Notes: a model not told the origin generated them from the letters alone. A stretch of DNA of 33,487 nucleotides from a virus (IMGVR_UViG_3300035670_000803:1-33487); one strand, 5' to 3'. Counted from the stretch's first letter, positions 16,665 to 25,611 are shown. A program made the numbers and translations.

Positions 16665-19600
16665 ATGGACATCTTTGAAAGAATTAGACAGATTATTACA
16701 CCATCTAATATAAAACAACCAACCCCTACTCCATCATCAAGTAAGGGAATTGAAGCAGTTAATCAAATAAGAAGTTCATTAAACTTACCTGCTAAACCTG
16801 TATCTTCTCAATTTACACCTACATTTAATTTACCTAGCCCAATAGATACAAAAAGATTTGAACCAAGAATACCTACTACACCACAACCACAAATGAGTAG
16901 GTTGCCTCAAATAAAACCACAGCAAGTTATGTCTGTTAAACCTCCAGAGCCAAAAGCAATACCATTTCAAACATTTACTCCAAGAGTTCCAGAAGCTGAA
17001 ACTCCTTTTGGTAAGTTTATTGTTAGTAAGGGTGTATTACCTCTTAATACTGGATTAACTAAATTATCTGATGCTTGGAAAAACACAGATAACAAAGGTG
17101 GTTTAGAAAGAACACTACAAGGAGTTGAGGGTGTTGGACTTATTGCTACTATCCCTAATGAGGTATTTATTCAACCTGTATGGGATTCTATAAAACTTGG
17201 AATTAAAGGTTTAAGAACAGGTAAGGTAACTCAAGATGACATTGATAACTTTTTATTTACATCTGGTGGGCAAAAAGGAACTATATTTGAAGCATTTGGA
17301 ACTAATGAAGATGAGTTTGGAAAACAATATGGTGATGTTGCACTAGGTGTTGCAAGATTTGCTGACTTTGCTCCAGAACTTATCAATGTACCTGGCTCTC
17401 AAGCTGGAAAAGGTGCTAAAACAATGACTCTTGCTAGAGAAGTAAAGGTTACAGGAAAAGGTGCTAAAGAATTAGGAGAACAAGCATCTAAAGCTAAAAA
17501 AGTAGAAGATACTATTAAACAATTTGAGGTAAAAACTGGTAAAGCACTTGATAATGCTACAAAGAATGAGATTAAAAAGACTGTTCAAAACCCACAGCCA
17601 TTCTTAAATAAACTTCAACAAAAAGCACCTAAAACAGAAGATTTAGTTTCTGAAGCAAGAAAATATAAAACTCCAGAGGAATTTATACAAACACAAGGAA
17701 TATTTGCTTATCATGGCACTCCTCAAAAATTTGAAAAATTTACTATTGAAACAGTAGGTAAATCAACTGATTCTGGTATGTTTGGTAAGGGAATATATTT
17801 TACAGAAAATTTAGATGAAGCTAGAACTTACTCAATAAGAGATGGAAAAGTGGGGGAAGTTAAAGAAGTATATCTTAAATTCAAAAATCCTTACATCATT
17901 AACTCTAAAAATGATATACCAAAAATTGATGTTCCAACAAAAACAATAGAAGATTTGAAAAATGCAGACAAAAAGTATTCAGAATTATTTACCAAATATT
18001 TACAAGATAGAGGTTTTGATGGTGTTATAGATAACTTAAGTTCAACAAAACAATATGTTGTTTTTAATCCTGAACAAATAAAGACAAAAAAGGAATTATT
18101 AAACATTTGGAATAATGCACAAAAAACTATTGCAAAAGACACACCAAAACTTACAACAAATATAGAGAATGTACTTAAATCAGTTAAAAAAGGAGCTGCT
18201 ACAGGCACATCAGAGGGAGCAAACTTGGGTGCAAAGATTATATCTGGAGCTCAAAAAGAAAGAAGATTTGCTAAAACAACTGTTGCTGGTGCTGAAAGAA
18301 CACCAAAAGCTCTTAAAAAGATTCTTGATGATTCAAATGATTTATATAACCCACTTAATAACAAAGTAGAGTTTGCTAAAGCTGAAAGATTTGTAGAAAC
18401 AAATTCAGTAGATGATGTATTAAACAGAATAAGAAGCACATCAGATACAAGAGAAGTTTCTTATCTTGGACAAGCTCTTATGAATAAGTTTCAAAAAATA
18501 GGTGATTATGCTTCAGAGGGGCAACTTGCACTTGAAATATCTAAAAAAGGAACAGAATTTGGACAAGCAATCCAAGCTCTTTCTATTTGGAAGAAACTTT
18601 CCCCTACTGGTGCTAAAGTCTGGGCTCAAAAACTAGCTAATGATGCAAATACAGCAAGTAAAGCAGTTGCTGGAGATAAAAACTTTGTTCAATTTACAGA
18701 ACAAGAATTAAAAGCTATTGGCAAACAAGCTGAAAAGATTGGTAAAGCTTCAACTGAATATGATAAGGCAGTCCAAACACAACTACTTGCTAAACTTATT
18801 TCTGCAAAACTCCCAACTGACTTCTTATCCAAAGTTGGAACAATACAAACAATGGCACAACTTATTAACCCTAAAACACTTGTAAGAAATGTGGCAGGTA
18901 ACATGATATTTGGTGTGTTTGAAGCAGTTTCAAATGGTATTGCTACCCCTATTGATTTAGCAGTGAGTCTATTTACTAAAAAAAGGGGTGTTGCAAACTT
19001 AAATCCAGTTGGTTATGCAAAAGGATTTGCACAAGGATTTGGTAGAGGTGTTAAAGAATCCTTACTTGGCATTGATACATTAGGTAATTCATCACTTGAG
19101 CAGGGTGTAAAAAATGGATTTATCTTTCAAAGCAAGGTAATGCAAGGATTTGAAAAGACATTAAACCTTGTTCTTAAACCATTTGATAGGGCATTTTATG
19201 AAGCAAACTACAGGGCAACACTTGAGGGTTTAATGAAAGCTAATAAGGTAGATAAACCTACCCAAGAGATGATTGAACAAGCTCACTACATGGGTCTATA
19301 TAGAACATTTCAAGATGATAATGTTGCAACTAAAGTATTTGGCAACCTTAAAAAGGCAATGAATACAAGTTATGACCCTAAAACTAAAAAGATAGTTGTA
19401 AATCCTTTTGGTTTAGGTGATTTAGTATTGAAATATACAAAAGTTCCAGCAAACATAATTATGAGAGCTGTTGATTATTCTCCTATTGGTTATGTAAAAG
19501 CAGTTATGGAATTAGCTCAACCATTATTTAAGAGAGAATTTAACCAAGCAGAGTTTGTAAATGCTATTGCAAGAGCAAGTGTTGGAACATTAGGTGTTAT

Positions 19601-21170
19601 GAATACAGGTTACATTCTTGGAAAACTAGGAATCATTACACCAAAACCTGATTCAAGCAAAGATGTTAGAAATGCACAGCAATTAGATGGTGTTAGAAGC
19701 TATGCAATAAACACTTCTGCACTAAAAAGATATGTAGCATCTGGATTTGACCCAGAGTCTGCAAAACAAATGGAGGGTGATACTTTAGTTTCCTATGACT
19801 GGGCTCAACCAGTATCTATTCCTCTTGCTATGGGTGCAAACTGGGCTGAAACTGAAAAGTTAAAGAAAAATTCTGCACAAGAAAGAATACTTGCTTCATT
19901 TGGTGCAGGTGGTGTTGCTTTTGCTGATGCTATGAACACCTTAACAGAACAACCACTACTACAAGGACTTAAAACAACATTCTCTCCACAAGGTTTAGTT
20001 CAAGGATTAATTAATACAGTTAAAGGAGCTCCAGCATCCTTTGTACCTACAGTATTAAATCAAATTAACCAATTAACAGACAATACAAGAAGAGAAACAT
20101 TTAGCCCTAACATTTTAGAGGAGAGTAAGAACCTTGCTATAAATAAAGTTCCATTTTTATCTCAAAGTCTGCCAGTTAAATATGACATCTTGGGCAAACC
20201 TTTAGAAAAGTATCAAGGTGGAACAAACACATTTGCCAATGTGATGATTAACCCAGCATTTGTTTCTAAAGTTGGTTCTGATGAGAACTTAAAAGAAGTT
20301 ATAAGACTTTATGAAACACTTGATGACACAGGAGTTATCCCAAACACAGTTACTAATAAAGTAAAAATTAATAAAGAAGATGTAATCCTAACAGGAGAGC
20401 AAATGTCTATGTATCAAAAAGAAATTGGTAGCAAATCTGATGAGTATATTAGAAAACTATTATCCAATGAAGATTACTATAAACTCCCAGATGATGCCAA
20501 AGCATCCTTACTTGCTAAAGGTTTATCAAATATAAATAGTGCAACCAAGATTAATATGTTTGGGGATAGACCAGAAACCATATCACAAGATGTAGCTCTA
20601 TTAAGAGATAACCAAATGGATAACTATGTCTATAAGAATGTAACTGATGCAATACTAGACCAACCAAAGAAAGAGATGTCTGTAAAAACTGACCAATTAG
20701 AGATTCTTCTTAAAGGACAAAGAAACCCAGAAGAAATCTCCAAGTTTATTATTGAAAACAAAATCCCACAAAGTTCTATCTCTGGGGTTATTAATAAGAT
20801 TGCAAAAGATGAGGTATTCAAGCAGTTATCCCCAGAGCTACAAAAATATAATGGTCTTTCAAACTCTCAACTTGAGGAATTAAAGACACTTAAACCACAA
20901 TTAACAACTGAAATTATCCAGTATCAATCACAGGCTAAAGTATTTGATACTATTGCTGATGCTCAAATTGGTTTCTATAAGAATCTTGGTACAAATAAAC
21001 CAAGAGCTTCAACAGGTAGAAGAAGAACTGGAAGAATTGCTAGAGCAAGAATCAAAAAACCAAGAAAACCATCATTGAAGTTAGCAAAGATTAAGGGAAT
21101 AAAAACCCCTAAAACAAGACAGATTAAGTTAGCAAAAATTAAGAAACCTAAACCTTTGAAACTTGCTTAA
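16665..21170 (+). CDS. Large polyvalent / DNA ejection protein with an internal ADP-ribosyltransferase-like domain
   Basis: 1501 aa; Pro-rich N-terminus; YHGT..GKGIYFT..A..Y..NPY..GFDGVI..YVVFNPEQIKT at about 17700-18090; long helical body; K/R-rich C-terminus. Confidence 0.7.
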   Translation: MDIFERIRQIITPSNIKQPTPTPSSSKGIEAVNQIRSSLNLPAKPVSSQFTPTFNLPSPIDTKRFEPRIPTTPQPQMSRLPQIKPQQVMSVKPPEPKAIPFQTFTPRVPEAETPFGKFIVSKGVLPLNTGLTKLSDAWKNTDNKGGLERTLQGVEGVGLIATIPNEVFIQPVWDSIKLGIKGLRTGKVTQDDIDNFLFTSGGQKGTIFEAFGTNEDEFGKQYGDVALGVARFADFAPELINVPGSQAGKGAKTMTLAREVKVTGKGAKELGEQASKAKKVEDTIKQFEVKTGKALDNATKNEIKKTVQNPQPFLNKLQQKAPKTEDLVSEARKYKTPEEFIQTQGIFAYHGTPQKFEKFTIETVGKSTDSGMFGKGIYFTENLDEARTYSIRDGKVGEVKEVYLKFKNPYIINSKNDIPKIDVPTKTIEDLKNADKKYSELFTKYLQDRGFDGVIDNLSSTKQYVVFNPEQIKTKKELLNIWNNAQKTIAKDTPKLTTNIENVLKSVKKGAATGTSEGANLGAKIISGAQKERRFAKTTVAGAERTPKALKKILDDSNDLYNPLNNKVEFAKAERFVETNSVDDVLNRIRSTSDTREVSYLGQALMNKFQKIGDYASEGQLALEISKKGTEFGQAIQALSIWKKLSPTGAKVWAQKLANDANTASKAVAGDKNFVQFTEQELKAIGKQAEKIGKASTEYDKAVQTQLLAKLISAKLPTDFLSKVGTIQTMAQLINPKTLVRNVAGNMIFGVFEAVSNGIATPIDLAVSLFTKKRGVANLNPVGYAKGFAQGFGRGVKESLLGIDTLGNSSLEQGVKNGFIFQSKVMQGFEKTLNLVLKPFDRAFYEANYRATLEGLMKANKVDKPTQEMIEQAHYMGLYRTFQDDNVATKVFGNLKKAMNTSYDPKTKKIVVNPFGLGDLVLKYTKVPANIIMRAVDYSPIGYVKAVMELAQPLFKREFNQAEFVNAIARASVGTLGVMNTGYILGKLGIITPKPDSSKDVRNAQQLDGVRSYAINTSALKRYVASGFDPESAKQMEGDTLVSYDWAQPVSIPLAMGANWAETEKLKKNSAQERILASFGAGGVAFADAMNTLTEQPLLQGLKTTFSPQGLVQGLINTVKGAPASFVPTVLNQINQLTDNTRRETFSPNILEESKNLAINKVPFLSQSLPVKYDILGKPLEKYQGGTNTFANVMINPAFVSKVGSDENLKEVIRLYETLDDTGVIPNTVTNKVKINKEDVILTGEQMSMYQKEIGSKSDEYIRKLLSNEDYYKLPDDAKASLLAKGLSNINSATKINMFGDRPETISQDVALLRDNQMDNYVYKNVTDAILDQPKKEMSVKTDQLEILLKGQRNPEEISKFIIENKIPQSSISGVINKIAKDEVFKQLSPELQKYNGLSNSQLEELKTLKPQLTTEIIQYQSQAKVFDTIADAQIGFYKNLGTNKPRASTGRRRTGRIARARIKKPRKPSLKLAKIKGIKTPKTRQIKLAKIKKPKPLKLA

Positions 21171-21185
21171 GAAATTTGTATTAGT
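21156..21185 (+). promoter_or_regulatory. Putative late promoter TTGAAA-N17-TATTAGT
   Basis: TTGAAA 21156-21161, TATTAGT 21179-21185. Confidence 0.55.
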
Positions 21186-21203
21186 AAGTAAGTAACAAAA
21201 TTA

Positions 21204-21461
21204 ATGAGAGGAATAAATCAGATGGCTATGTTAGGTTTTGGATTTACCTTAAATCCATCAAATAAAACTATGAATAAAACAAAAGCTGAAAGCAAAATGG
21301 CTAAAATAATGAGAGAGTACAAAGAGGGTAAGTTAAAAAGTGGTATTGACCCAAAAGGCCCAAAGAAAGCAAAAACTGTTAAATCAAGAAAACAAGCCAT
21401 TGCAATTGCATTAGCAGTATCTGGTATGGGTAAAAAAATGATGAAGAAAGGCAAAAAATAA
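21204..21461 (+). CDS. Small basic protein, DUF6496-like (start may be 21270)
   Basis: K.M.EYK.GKL.SG....V.SRKQAIAIAL motif. Confidence 0.7.
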   Translation: MRGINQMAMLGFGFTLNPSNKTMNKTKAESKMAKIMREYKEGKLKSGIDPKGPKKAKTVKSRKQAIAIALAVSGMGKKMMKKGKK

Positions 21462-21613
21462 TGAGAAAAACTATTGAACAACTCAAAGCAATGAAGAATA
21501 GTTTAGTTAAAAACATTGCACTTGCTAGAAGAATGGGTACTTCTAAATCAAAAAAGAAATCAACCATTGAACCTAAAGCATTTAAGGCATTAAAAACTTA
21601 CAAAAAGAAATAA
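21461..21613 (+). CDS. 50-aa Lys-rich protein (not in ORF track)
   Basis: MRKTIEQLKAMKNSLVKNIALARRMGTSKSKKKSTIEPKAFKALKTYKKK; TAATG coupling to the upstream gene. Confidence 0.65.
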   Translation: MRKTIEQLKAMKNSLVKNIALARRMGTSKSKKKSTIEPKAFKALKTYKKK

Positions 21614-21618
21614 ATGAC

Positions 21619-21894
21619 ATGGCATACAAAACACCAGCATGGACAAGAAAAGAGGGTAAAGACCCAAAAGGTGGCCTTAATAGAAAAGGAGTTGCTTCAT
21701 ACAGAAGTGAGAATCCAAAATCCAAACTTAAGATGGCAGTTACTACACCACCTAGTAAGCTTAAAAAAGGTTCAGAAGCATACAACAGGAGAAAAAGTTT
21801 CTGTGCAAGGATGAGTGGTGTTTCTGGCCCTATGAAAGATGAAAAAGGCAGACCTACAAGAAAAGCATTAGCTTTGAGAAAGTGGAACTGCTGA
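21619..21894 (+). CDS. Small basic protein, DUF6321-like
   Basis: GGLNRKG...RRKSFCARM.G..GPMKDEKGRPTRKALALRKWNC motif. Confidence 0.7.
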   Translation: MAYKTPAWTRKEGKDPKGGLNRKGVASYRSENPKSKLKMAVTTPPSKLKKGSEAYNRRKSFCARMSGVSGPMKDEKGRPTRKALALRKWNC

Positions 21895-22146
21895 ATCTTC
21901 TATTTTCCTAATCTCTAACCTGTACCCAGCAACAGCAAGAATCTTAATAAATAAATTAACAGAAACAGTTGCTACCTTATTTTCATAGCTGGATATAACT
22001 GCTTTGTTTGTTCCAGTCATTTTTCCTAACTTTGATTGAGTTAAATTGTAATCTTCCCTAATTCTTTTAATAACAACTCTAAATATGTCAGAGCTTTCTA
22101 CTACAATCACTTTTTTCATTGGAGGTCTTTGGTATTTAATCTTCAT
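21868..22146 (-). CDS. XRE-family HTH regulator
   Basis: IKRIREDYNLTQSKLGKMTG.....ISSYEN; start position uncertain. Confidence 0.8.
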   Translation of the reverse strand: MKIKYQRPPMKKVIVVESSDIFRVVIKRIREDYNLTQSKLGKMTGTNKAVISSYENKVATVSVNLFIKILAVAGYRLEIRKIEDSAVPLSQS

Positions 22147-22441
22147 TGTTCTTGAAATGTGATTGGGTTCTGCTTGTAAAGTCAAATTCACTTACATCTT
22201 CATTTTTATCAACAATAAAGACTTTCTTATTAAACACTTTTAGAAACTCAATGATTACATCCATAGATGGCTTAATCTTTTTCATTTCATAACTGTTAAT
22301 TGCTTTACCTGAAACTTTAAGTAACCTACCCATCTCTTCTTGAGAGAAACCCATAGCCATTCTTTCATCAAAAATAGCTTGGTTAAAAACCCATTGGCTC
22401 ATGGACTTTCTATAAAATCTATTATTTTTCTCTGTAGGCAT
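22136..22441 (-). CDS. XRE-family HTH regulator
   Basis: R..MGFSQEEMGRLLKVS...INSYE.KKIKPS; minus-strand TGtTATAAT at 22458-22450 implies a nearly leaderless transcript. Confidence 0.8.
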   Translation of the reverse strand: MPTEKNNRFYRKSMSQWVFNQAIFDERMAMGFSQEEMGRLLKVSGKAINSYEMKKIKPSMDVIIEFLKVFNKKVFIVDKNEDVSEFDFTSRTQSHFKNNED

Positions 22442-22499
22442 CTACACAGATTATAACAAAAGTTGTATTTTTAATTTGAGCATAGATAAGGAGAGATAT

Positions 22500-22724
22500 A
22501 TGCCACCACATTTTCACTTTGAGCTTGTTGTGCATTTGGTTAAGTTTGGTGAAAAGCCAATGTTTATGACCAAGAGAGTCATGGATGTATATATGTCTAT
22601 TTATGTAGATGTTGCATACAACATGGCTAAATCCTACATCCAAGATGGGTGGAAGATTGAAAAGGTTGAGATTAGGGATTACCAATTCTATCCAAACATG
22701 GATTCTAGTTGGGAGGATTTCTAA
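22500..22724 (+). CDS. Hypothetical protein (paralogue A)
   Basis: SD aaggag before ATG 22500; similar to the next gene. Confidence 0.65.
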   Translation: MPPHFHFELVVHLVKFGEKPMFMTKRVMDVYMSIYVDVAYNMAKSYIQDGWKIEKVEIRDYQFYPNMDSSWEDF

Positions 22725-22897
22725 TGAACTCAATGCTTGTTATAAAGTTGGTTAAGAACCATGAGTTTGGGAATCTTGTTATGTATGTAAAAGCATCAAG
22801 AAACCCAGTTCTTGACTACATGGAACAGGCAAACCTTATGGCTAAACCTTACATCAAGGAGGGTTGGCAAATGGTTCATGCCTACATTGAAAGGTAG
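22724..22897 (+). CDS. Hypothetical protein (paralogue B)
   Basis: SD ggagg and TAATG overlap; LV..LVK and MAK.YI..GW shared with the previous ORF. Confidence 0.65.
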   Translation: MNSMLVIKLVKNHEFGNLVMYVKASRNPVLDYMEQANLMAKPYIKEGWQMVHAYIER

Positions 22898-23168
22898 GTT
22901 CTATGTGGGGAGGCTTTCAAAAGAAGTAAGGAGATATATTCTTGAAAGAGATGACTTCACTTGCAGATTCTGTAAGAGAGGTGGCAGATTTTCAGATTAT
23001 CTTCTTGAAGTTCATCATATTGTCTGGAGGAGGCATGGTGGTTCAGATGACCCCTCTAACTTAATGACAATTTGTGTGGAATGCCATGACACTTTGCACT
23101 ATGGGGAGTGGAAAGGCAGACCTAGAACTTTTACTGAACTGGGAGAGAATCAAGGGAGGAGGTGGTAA
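22878..23168 (+). CDS. HNH endonuclease (start may be GTG 22905)
   Basis: ILERDDFTCRFC...LEVHHI.....GGSD..SNL.T.C.ECH...H. Confidence 0.9.
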   Translation: MPTLKGRFYVGRLSKEVRRYILERDDFTCRFCKRGGRFSDYLLEVHHIVWRRHGGSDDPSNLMTICVECHDTLHYGEWKGRPRTFTELGENQGRRW

Positions 23169-23179
23169 CATCTTCTCCC
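23154..23179 (+). terminator. Stem-loop at the end of the HNH gene (possible terminator)
   Basis: gggaggaggtg-gtaa-catcttctccc, 11 bp with G-U pairs and a GNRA loop; the U-tract is not directly adjacent. Confidence 0.45.
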
Positions 23180-23204
23180 AAAACTTTTTACAAAAAATAA
23201 CCCT

Positions 23205-23234
23205 TTGACATTGGTATATAACTTTTTTATTTAT
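23205..23234 (+). promoter_or_regulatory. Putative late promoter TTGACA-N17-TATTTAT for scaffold and capsid genes
   Basis: Perfect -35 hexamer and same spacing to TATTNNT. Confidence 0.65.
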
Positions 23235-23297
23235 TAAGTAGTTTCTGTGGGGATGCTCACCACACTAAATAACAGAGCATAGAAAGGGAAACTAAAA

Positions 23298-24083
23298 ATG
23301 GATGATTACAATCCAAATCAAGGCATGAGTGAGCAAGTAGCTCAAGGTGAGTTTGAAACACCTACTGATTTGCCACCAGTTGAAACCCAAACAGAAAGTT
23401 CTGCTGATGATTATCAATTAGATACATCTAATGACAGAACAAAGGAGCAATTCCAAAAATTACTCCAAAGTAATAAGGAGTTAAAGGAACAGCTCCAAAA
23501 ACTTGCAAGTACAAAGAACTCTGAACCAAGTCCTTATGGTTCAGTTTATGACTCTATCAAGTCAGATAGTGTTCAAGGCAACACTACTTCTTCTGATAGT
23601 TATGTTGATGAGGAGGGCAATGTTGATATTGCCAGACTTAATCAAGACCTAAAAGAAGCAAAGATGTCTGCACTTGAGGCAAAGGCCCTTGCCCAAAAGG
23701 CAAGAGAGGACATGGAGGTAAGGGAGGCTCATATGAAGCACCCATATCTTAATCCTCAAAGCTCTGAATTTGACCCAACTTTTTTTGAGTTGGTAAAGGA
23801 CAGAGTGTTAAGGCAAAAATTCTATGAGAACAAAACTGTTTCTCTAGGAGAAGTAGCTGACCAAGTAATTAGTTTTTATACACCAAGCAGTAAGAAGTCT
23901 GCAGAGAGTGCTAAAGCTATTGAGGACTATAAAAAGGCTCAATCACAAATAGCTAACAATGCTCCACTTTCTAACTCTAATAGAGCTAGACAAGAGGGAA
24001 CAAATTTAGATGATTTGAGAGCAAGAACTAGAACTGGAGATAGCAGAGCAATTATTGAAAGACTTAAGAACATTGGTATATAA
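23298..24083 (+). CDS. Capsid scaffolding protein
   Basis: Acidic N-terminus, coiled coils, directly upstream of the major capsid gene. Confidence 0.7.
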   Translation: MDDYNPNQGMSEQVAQGEFETPTDLPPVETQTESSADDYQLDTSNDRTKEQFQKLLQSNKELKEQLQKLASTKNSEPSPYGSVYDSIKSDSVQGNTTSSDSYVDEEGNVDIARLNQDLKEAKMSALEAKALAQKAREDMEVREAHMKHPYLNPQSSEFDPTFFELVKDRVLRQKFYENKTVSLGEVADQVISFYTPSSKKSAESAKAIEDYKKAQSQIANNAPLSNSNRARQEGTNLDDLRARTRTGDSRAIIERLKNIGI

Positions 24084-24112
24084 ATGCCAAAAAGAAAAGA
24101 GGTGAATAAAAT

Positions 24113-25027
24113 ATGGCTATAGGTTTAATAACTTACCAAGATGCTTCAAGAAGAGAATCTCTATTAAGCATTTTGAAAGATGTATCTCCTTTAGGAGGAA
24201 ACTATTTAGTAGAAAATTTAGGAACTAGCATTGCTAGAAACACTTTACATGAGTGGCCTACATTCTACCAATCAAGACCTACTACAGTAACTTTCACAGT
24301 TGAGGGTGCTGATGCTACTGTTGTTGATTTAACAGCTCCTGTTAGGTCAAACAATGTAACAGCTATCATATCTGAAGTTGTTAAAGTTTCTGGAACTGAA
24401 AGAGCTGTTGCTGTTGCAACTAACCAAGACCCTTATGCTTTCCAAAAGGAAAAAGCCTTAATGAGAATGAATGCAAAAATGGAATTTGCTCTTGTTAATG
24501 GAACTAAAGCATCAGGAGCTTCTGGTGTTGCTAGAGGAATGGCTGGTCTTGATGGATGTATCTCAACTAATGCTACTGCATTATCTTCAGGTACTTCTTT
24601 ATCAGTTGATACTTTAGAGAACATCCTACAATTGTCTTGGGACAAAGTTGGAAATGAATATGTTGCTGACACTATCATCTGCCCTATGGGGTTGAAGAGA
24701 AAAATCTCAACATTCACAACCAATATAACTAACTATGTCAATGAAACTGACAGACTATACAGAAATATCTCTGTGTTTGAAGCTTCAACAGGTGTAGTAA
24801 GAATTGTTCCTCACAAAGATGTAAGAAATGTTGCTGGTTCAACAACTCTTTATGCTGTCAAACTTGATACATTCAAGATGGCATTCCTAGAGGGAAGAGA
24901 ACCTCAATTCCAAGAATTAGCAAAATCTGGAGATTATGACTTTGGTCAATACATCACAGAAATGACTCTTGAATCTTATGCAGAACCAGCTTCTGTAAAA
25001 GTAACAGGGTTTGCTTTGAATGGATAA
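24113..25027 (+). CDS. Major capsid protein (SU10/DUF5309-like)
   Basis: 'RE.L...I..VSP', 'HEW', 'EG.DA', 'N.T.I....V.VSGT..AV', 'E.A...G', 'LAKSGD......E.TLE'; strong SD gaggtg. Confidence 0.85.
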   Translation: MAIGLITYQDASRRESLLSILKDVSPLGGNYLVENLGTSIARNTLHEWPTFYQSRPTTVTFTVEGADATVVDLTAPVRSNNVTAIISEVVKVSGTERAVAVATNQDPYAFQKEKALMRMNAKMEFALVNGTKASGASGVARGMAGLDGCISTNATALSSGTSLSVDTLENILQLSWDKVGNEYVADTIICPMGLKRKISTFTTNITNYVNETDRLYRNISVFEASTGVVRIVPHKDVRNVAGSTTLYAVKLDTFKMAFLEGREPQFQELAKSGDYDFGQYITEMTLESYAEPASVKVTGFALNG

Positions 25028-25056
25028 TTTCTACAAATAGTAGGATTTCATCAATT

Positions 25057-25084
25057 AGGGGTGGCAGAAATGCCATCCCTTTTT
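25057..25084 (+). terminator. Intrinsic terminator after the capsid gene
   Basis: aggggtggca-gaaa-tgccatccct followed by tttt. Confidence 0.85.
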
Positions 25085-25130
25085 GTATTTATATATAGAT
25101 TTACTGAAGCAAACCAGTTTGAGTTGAATT

Positions 25131-25139
25131 TGGTATAAT
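25131..25139 (+). promoter_or_regulatory. Extended -10 promoter TGgTATAAT
   Basis: Perfect extended -10; the predicted TSS (about 25145) coincides with the start of a 14-bp helix. Confidence 0.6.
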
Positions 25140-25144
25140 CAAGC

Positions 25145-25207
25145 TGTGGGTGATTGTGTTCTTCCTTATCAGTTGATTCAACATCTTGTTTGTTGCAATT
25201 GCCCACA
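25145..25207 (+). ncRNA. Candidate structured antisense RNA-2 / leader
   Basis: tgtgggtgattgtg pairs with tgcaattgcccaca (14 bp, four G-U); the loop matches 11589-11606 and 11572-11585. Confidence 0.55.
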
Positions 25208-25218
25208 CTTAAAAGACT

Positions 25219-25611
25219 ATGGAAACTGCTGACCAATTTTATTATGTAGAAGTACCTAGAAAAAAGGTAGAACTAATAGACAAGTTGGTGGAATTGTCCA
25301 AAAATTCAGGAACTACAATTGAAACAGAAAAAGATTGGGAAATAGTTGCAAGACTATTTGATTTTTTCAAAAGTGAATTTCCAGAAGCATATTCAGAATA
25401 CCTTGTATCCATTGCTCATTTAAGAAGAGAGCATAACTATGGTACTGCTATAGTTAAACAAGGAGATGGAATGATGCAACATCAATTAGAAATACCAGAA
25501 AAATTTGCAGAGTTAATCTATGCAATCTTCCCAGACCAAAAATTTGATAGGGATTTTGTTAGGGGATTAAGTAAAACATTACCTATATTAAGGGTAGCAA
25601 GTTCAATATGA
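25219..25611 (+). CDS. Hypothetical protein
   Basis: 130-aa ORF following the capsid gene. Confidence 0.7.
   Translation: METADQFYYVEVPRKKVELIDKLVELSKNSGTTIETEKDWEIVARLFDFFKSEFPEAYSEYLVSIAHLRREHNYGTAIVKQGDGMMQHQLEIPEKFAELIYAIFPDQKFDRDFVRGLSKTLPILRVASSI

Noticed and set aside
14040-20821. Nested ORFs in the portal and ejection genes (14040, 14521, 15401, 15406, 17891, 18169, 18251, 18689, 20630)
   Set aside because: Shadow ORFs with no RBS or promoter and no recognisable motifs.
22878-23168. HNH as part of a group I intron
   Set aside because: No interrupted gene flanks it and no intron core is evident.
25063-25092. TATTTAT at 25086 as another late promoter
   Set aside because: No -35-like hexamer at the right spacing; it overlaps the terminator U-tract.
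25051-25236. Minus-strand 61-aa ORF across the post-capsid intergenic region
   Set aside because: No convincing start; it crosses a terminator, a promoter and an RNA helix that explain the region better.
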